A stretch of DNA of 35,906 nucleotides, from IMG/VR virus record IMGVR_UViG_3300028388_002774, positions 1 through 35,906 of that record, one strand, 5' to 3'. The notes beneath the pieces were generated by a model that was not told where the DNA came from, ran no database searches, and was given only the letters and a program-made list of their open reading frames with translations. Source of the stretch: a virus. Its lineage: Duplodnaviria > Caudoviricetes. Both the position numbers and the translations under genes were made by a program. Numbering within the stretch: the stretch's first letter is position 1; every line of letters starts with the position of its first letter. Positions 34,795 through 35,906 of the stretch are shown piece by piece.

Positions 34795-35351
34795 GATCCC
34801 AATAGTGTTTTGCCGGTGCTTTCATCACCGATACCGGCGGGGCCGGTGAGGATTGTTGCGCCATAACCGGCACGACGACGACGGCGCTTACTGGCATCGA
34901 CATCAATGGATGCGGCCGCATCGGCATAGGTCACCTGCTCTGGTGCATCGTTGGTGCCGCCGGAATCTGAGCTGTCGGCTGAAGTGCCGCCGCCAGAAGA
35001 GCTTGAGCTTGAGCTGGACGGCCTGGACGAAGGGTCTTTGGCTGGCTCGGTCGGCTGCATTGGGGTTGTGCCCCAATCAGGGAAGGTGCCTTCACCGCCG
35101 CCACTATCAGGGCGATTGCTCGGCTTGGTGGTCTCTAGGATGTCGTCTCCAGCGCCGGCGCCAGCCTGACCCAGGATATCGTCGACAGTTCCACCCAGCG
35201 GGGTATAACCCTGGTCTTGCTGTGTATTTGGCTTTGGCTTGCTGCTGCCACCGCTACCGCCCTTGCCACCACCACCGCCTGATGGCTTGCTAGGCTTGCT
35301 GGGCTTGTTGTTGCCACCGCCACTGCCGTTTCCGCTGCTGCCGCCGGTCAT
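34791..35351 (-). CDS. Gly/Ser-rich virion protein upstream of the portal (T7 gp7.3-like position)
   Basis: C-terminal RRRRRAGYGATILTG...KTLLG, typical of the small pre-portal protein; long low-complexity N-terminal extension. Confidence 0.7.
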   Translation of the reverse strand: MTGGSSGNGSGGGNNKPSKPSKPSGGGGGKGGSGGSSKPKPNTQQDQGYTPLGGTVDDILGQAGAGAGDDILETTKPSNRPDSGGGEGTFPDWGTTPMQPTEPAKDPSSRPSSSSSSSSGGGTSADSSDSGGTNDAPEQVTYADAAASIDVDASKRRRRRAGYGATILTGPAGIGDESTGKTLLGS

Positions 35352-35354
35352 GAT

Positions 35355-35894
35355 TCAGTCTCCGATAGTCTTAGCATATATGGTCGTCACCTTTTGATAG
35401 CGAAGTTTGACCAATAAATTGCTGAAGTCAACTGACGGGGTTACGCCCTGGAATACGGTTTTGACGCCGATGCTGGCCAGGTGATCCTCGATAAACTGGA
35501 TAAACTTGAATCCGGCCAGGCCGCGCCGATAGGGCTTCTCGATGTAGAGCGCATCTTGGTGCCCGCAGAGCGTCCCGTTGCGGTGATTATCTAAAAGCAG
35601 AAATATACTGCCATATCCCACCAACACCTTCGAGTCTTTATCTCTGGCAGTAAATAGAACCATATCGCCGTCTGATTGCGTCTGGTTGTAATGGTCGACA
35701 TCAACCTCAGCCTTGACCGGGCCGCGCACAAAAACGGCCGGCTCGACTGCGGCCAATGCAAAAAATACACGGCGGTATCGATCAATGCGCAGACGGCCAA
35801 CGGGCCAAGTTGCGCCGGAAGTAAGATCGCAACATTCACCCCGATAGAAACTTTCTGAAAGATGCGAGTTATGTGCCGATGCAATAGCATCCAC
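35355..35894 (-). CDS. GNAT-like acetyltransferase; 5' part uncertain
   Basis: LFTARD...LVGY, QDALYIEKPYRRGLAGFKFIQFIE..L...GV motif A; the sequence beyond ~35720 does not look like the usual N-terminus. Confidence 0.65.
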   Translation of the reverse strand: MDAIASAHNSHLSESFYRGECCDLTSGATWPVGRLRIDRYRRVFFALAAVEPAVFVRGPVKAEVDVDHYNQTQSDGDMVLFTARDKDSKVLVGYGSIFLLLDNHRNGTLCGHQDALYIEKPYRRGLAGFKFIQFIEDHLASIGVKTVFQGVTPSVDFSNLLVKLRYQKVTTIYAKTIGD

Positions 35895-35906
35895 AGGACC
35901 CTGTGC

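Noticed and set aside
13093-35858. Numerous plus-strand ORFs across the late region, and antisense ORFs in the early blocks
   Set aside because: They are shadows of well-supported genes on the opposite strand, with no RBS or recognisable motifs.

Overview
This window is most of the genome of a short-tailed dsDNA phage or prophage of the epsilon15/BPP-1-like podovirus type. The gene content suggests a proteobacterial host (inference). There are three transcriptional blocks. (1) A leftward block, 1-5782: HTH regulator, DUF1376-type replication initiator, minimal nucleotidyltransferase, J-domain protein, cupin, Rap1a-like exported protein, MT-A70 methylase and small ORFs. (2) A rightward block, 5930-12953: Bet, YqaJ exonuclease, a ~500-nt highly structured non-coding region, YfdP/YfdQ-like pair, DUF1367, NinG and short ORFs joined by a repeated RBS-containing element. 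(3) A leftward late block, 12873-35894: GNAT-like protein, gp7.3-like virion protein, portal, scaffold, major capsid, cement and staple proteins, tail adaptor and nozzle, three ejection proteins, tail fibre, propeller protein, holin candidates, SLT endolysin and spanins. I found no terminase, integrase, CI repressor, reverse transcriptase, tRNA or CRISPR array. The most unusual signals are: a 27-aa motif shared (16/27 identical) between the exported Rap1a-like early protein and the gp7.3-like virion protein 33 kb away; a ~197-nt RNA closed by a 19-bp stem; a +1 frame break in the giant ejection protein, which also carries an inserted ADP-ribosyltransferase-like domain; and the repeat-bounded gene cassettes. 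All family calls are from motif recognition by eye, with no database searches.
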